From a virus (Duplodnaviria > Heunggongvirae > Uroviricota > Caudoviricetes), in the IMG/VR virus record IMGVR_UViG_2537562220_000008: 26,838 nucleotides of DNA; one strand, 5' to 3'. The notes under the pieces are model-generated. The model was not told where the DNA came from and searched no databases. It worked only from the letters and a program-made list of their open reading frames with translations. This document shows positions 25,985 through 26,838 of this stretch, in pieces; the first letter of the stretch is position 1; the number at the start of each line of letters is the position of its first letter. The translations under genes and the position numbers were made by a program.

Positions 25985-26335
25985 TTAAAGCCCCATCGCA
26001 ACAGCCAGGCAGACCGCTGCAACAATCAGTGCACGGCGGATTAACGCAGCAGAAAACACCAGGTGAAGGCCGGTCTGTACCGGGAAACGCCCTTCAGCCA
26101 TCAGCCTGTCGTCATGTTTCAGGTACTGACCGGGACGGGCTTTGGGGAAGAGCGAACGGTAAAGCCAGTAACCCAGCACTGCTGCCAGCGTGATGAGTGC
26201 CAGCTTGTAGATCACAACAGGCAGCTGCTGTGGTGAGACCAGAGCGATGGTGCCCAGCAACAGCACTGAGGTCAGCAGCCAGCCGCTGAGGCGAGGTTTT
26301 TTAACAGGGGGAATGAATTTTTTCAGGTTTTTCAT
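25985..26335 (-). CDS. Holin-like small membrane protein (3 predicted transmembrane helices)
   Basis: 116-aa protein from the ATG at 26335 (AAGGAG 6 nt upstream); hydrophobic segments GWLLTSVLLLGTIALV, VVIYKLALITLAAVLGYWLY and LIVAAVCLAVAMGL; stop is 2 nt before the endolysin start. Confidence 0.55.
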   Translation of the reverse strand: MKNLKKFIPPVKKPRLSGWLLTSVLLLGTIALVSPQQLPVVIYKLALITLAAVLGYWLYRSLFPKARPGQYLKHDDRLMAEGRFPVQTGLHLVFSAALIRRALIVAAVCLAVAMGL

Positions 26336-26338
26336 GTG

Positions 26339-26361
26339 TGTCTCCTTATCTGGTGGAGACA
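26339..26361 (-). other. Hairpin overlapping the Shine-Dalgarno sequence of the holin-like gene
   Basis: mRNA would read UGUCUCC-ACCAGAUAA-GGAGACA (7-bp perfect stem, 9-nt loop); the 3' arm contains the GGAG of the ribosome-binding site. Confidence 0.4.
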
Positions 26362-26393
26362 GCATCACAAATACAGGGCGCGAAGGATTTTAA
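26355..26393 (-). promoter_or_regulatory. Bipartite motif TTAAAATC-N23-CTGTCTCC upstream of the holin-like gene (candidate late promoter, copy 2)
   Basis: Minus strand reads TTAAAATCcttcgcgcCCTGtATTTgtgatgCTGTCTCC, ending 19 nt before the ATG; same boxes and spacing as the copy upstream of gene I. Confidence 0.5.
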
Positions 26394-26434
26394 AGCGCGT
26401 TAAGAGAGCCGGGGATACGGGATGTGCAGGATAA

Positions 26435-26838
<404 letters not shown>

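Overview
This window is almost entirely the late (lysis, head, tail) region of a Mu-like transposable prophage on the minus strand (about 1197 to 26466), bounded by a partial IS1 at the left edge and a partial IS21-family element at the right edge. From high to low coordinate the prophage reads: holin-like protein, SLT endolysin, nested spanin pair, Mu gp25/gp26-like proteins, small and large terminase, portal, F, G, protease/scaffold I, major capsid T, gp35 to gp38-like proteins, sheath, tube, a small unassigned ORF, a frameshifted tail chaperone, tape measure, a P2-like baseplate set (U/X/D/V/W/J/I-like), tail fibre, an invertible tail-fibre segment, and a Gin/Pin-family invertase. The prophage ends in a Mu-type terminus inside a disrupted rihA gene, which is also cut by IS1. 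I found no tRNA, rRNA or CRISPR array, and no defence-type enzyme system. The unusual features are: an in-frame TAA inside the major capsid gene; an asymmetric inversion switch with only one tail-fibre assembly gene; a bipartite motif (TTAAAATC, 23 nt, CTGTCTCC) shared upstream of the holin and I genes; three 261-bp tandem repeats in the tape measure; an apparent +1 frameshift in the tail chaperone; and a small unassigned ORF with its own terminator hairpin between tube and chaperone. Protein calls rest on sequence reading and recalled family knowledge only; no searches were run, and all Mu/P2 gene names are by analogy.
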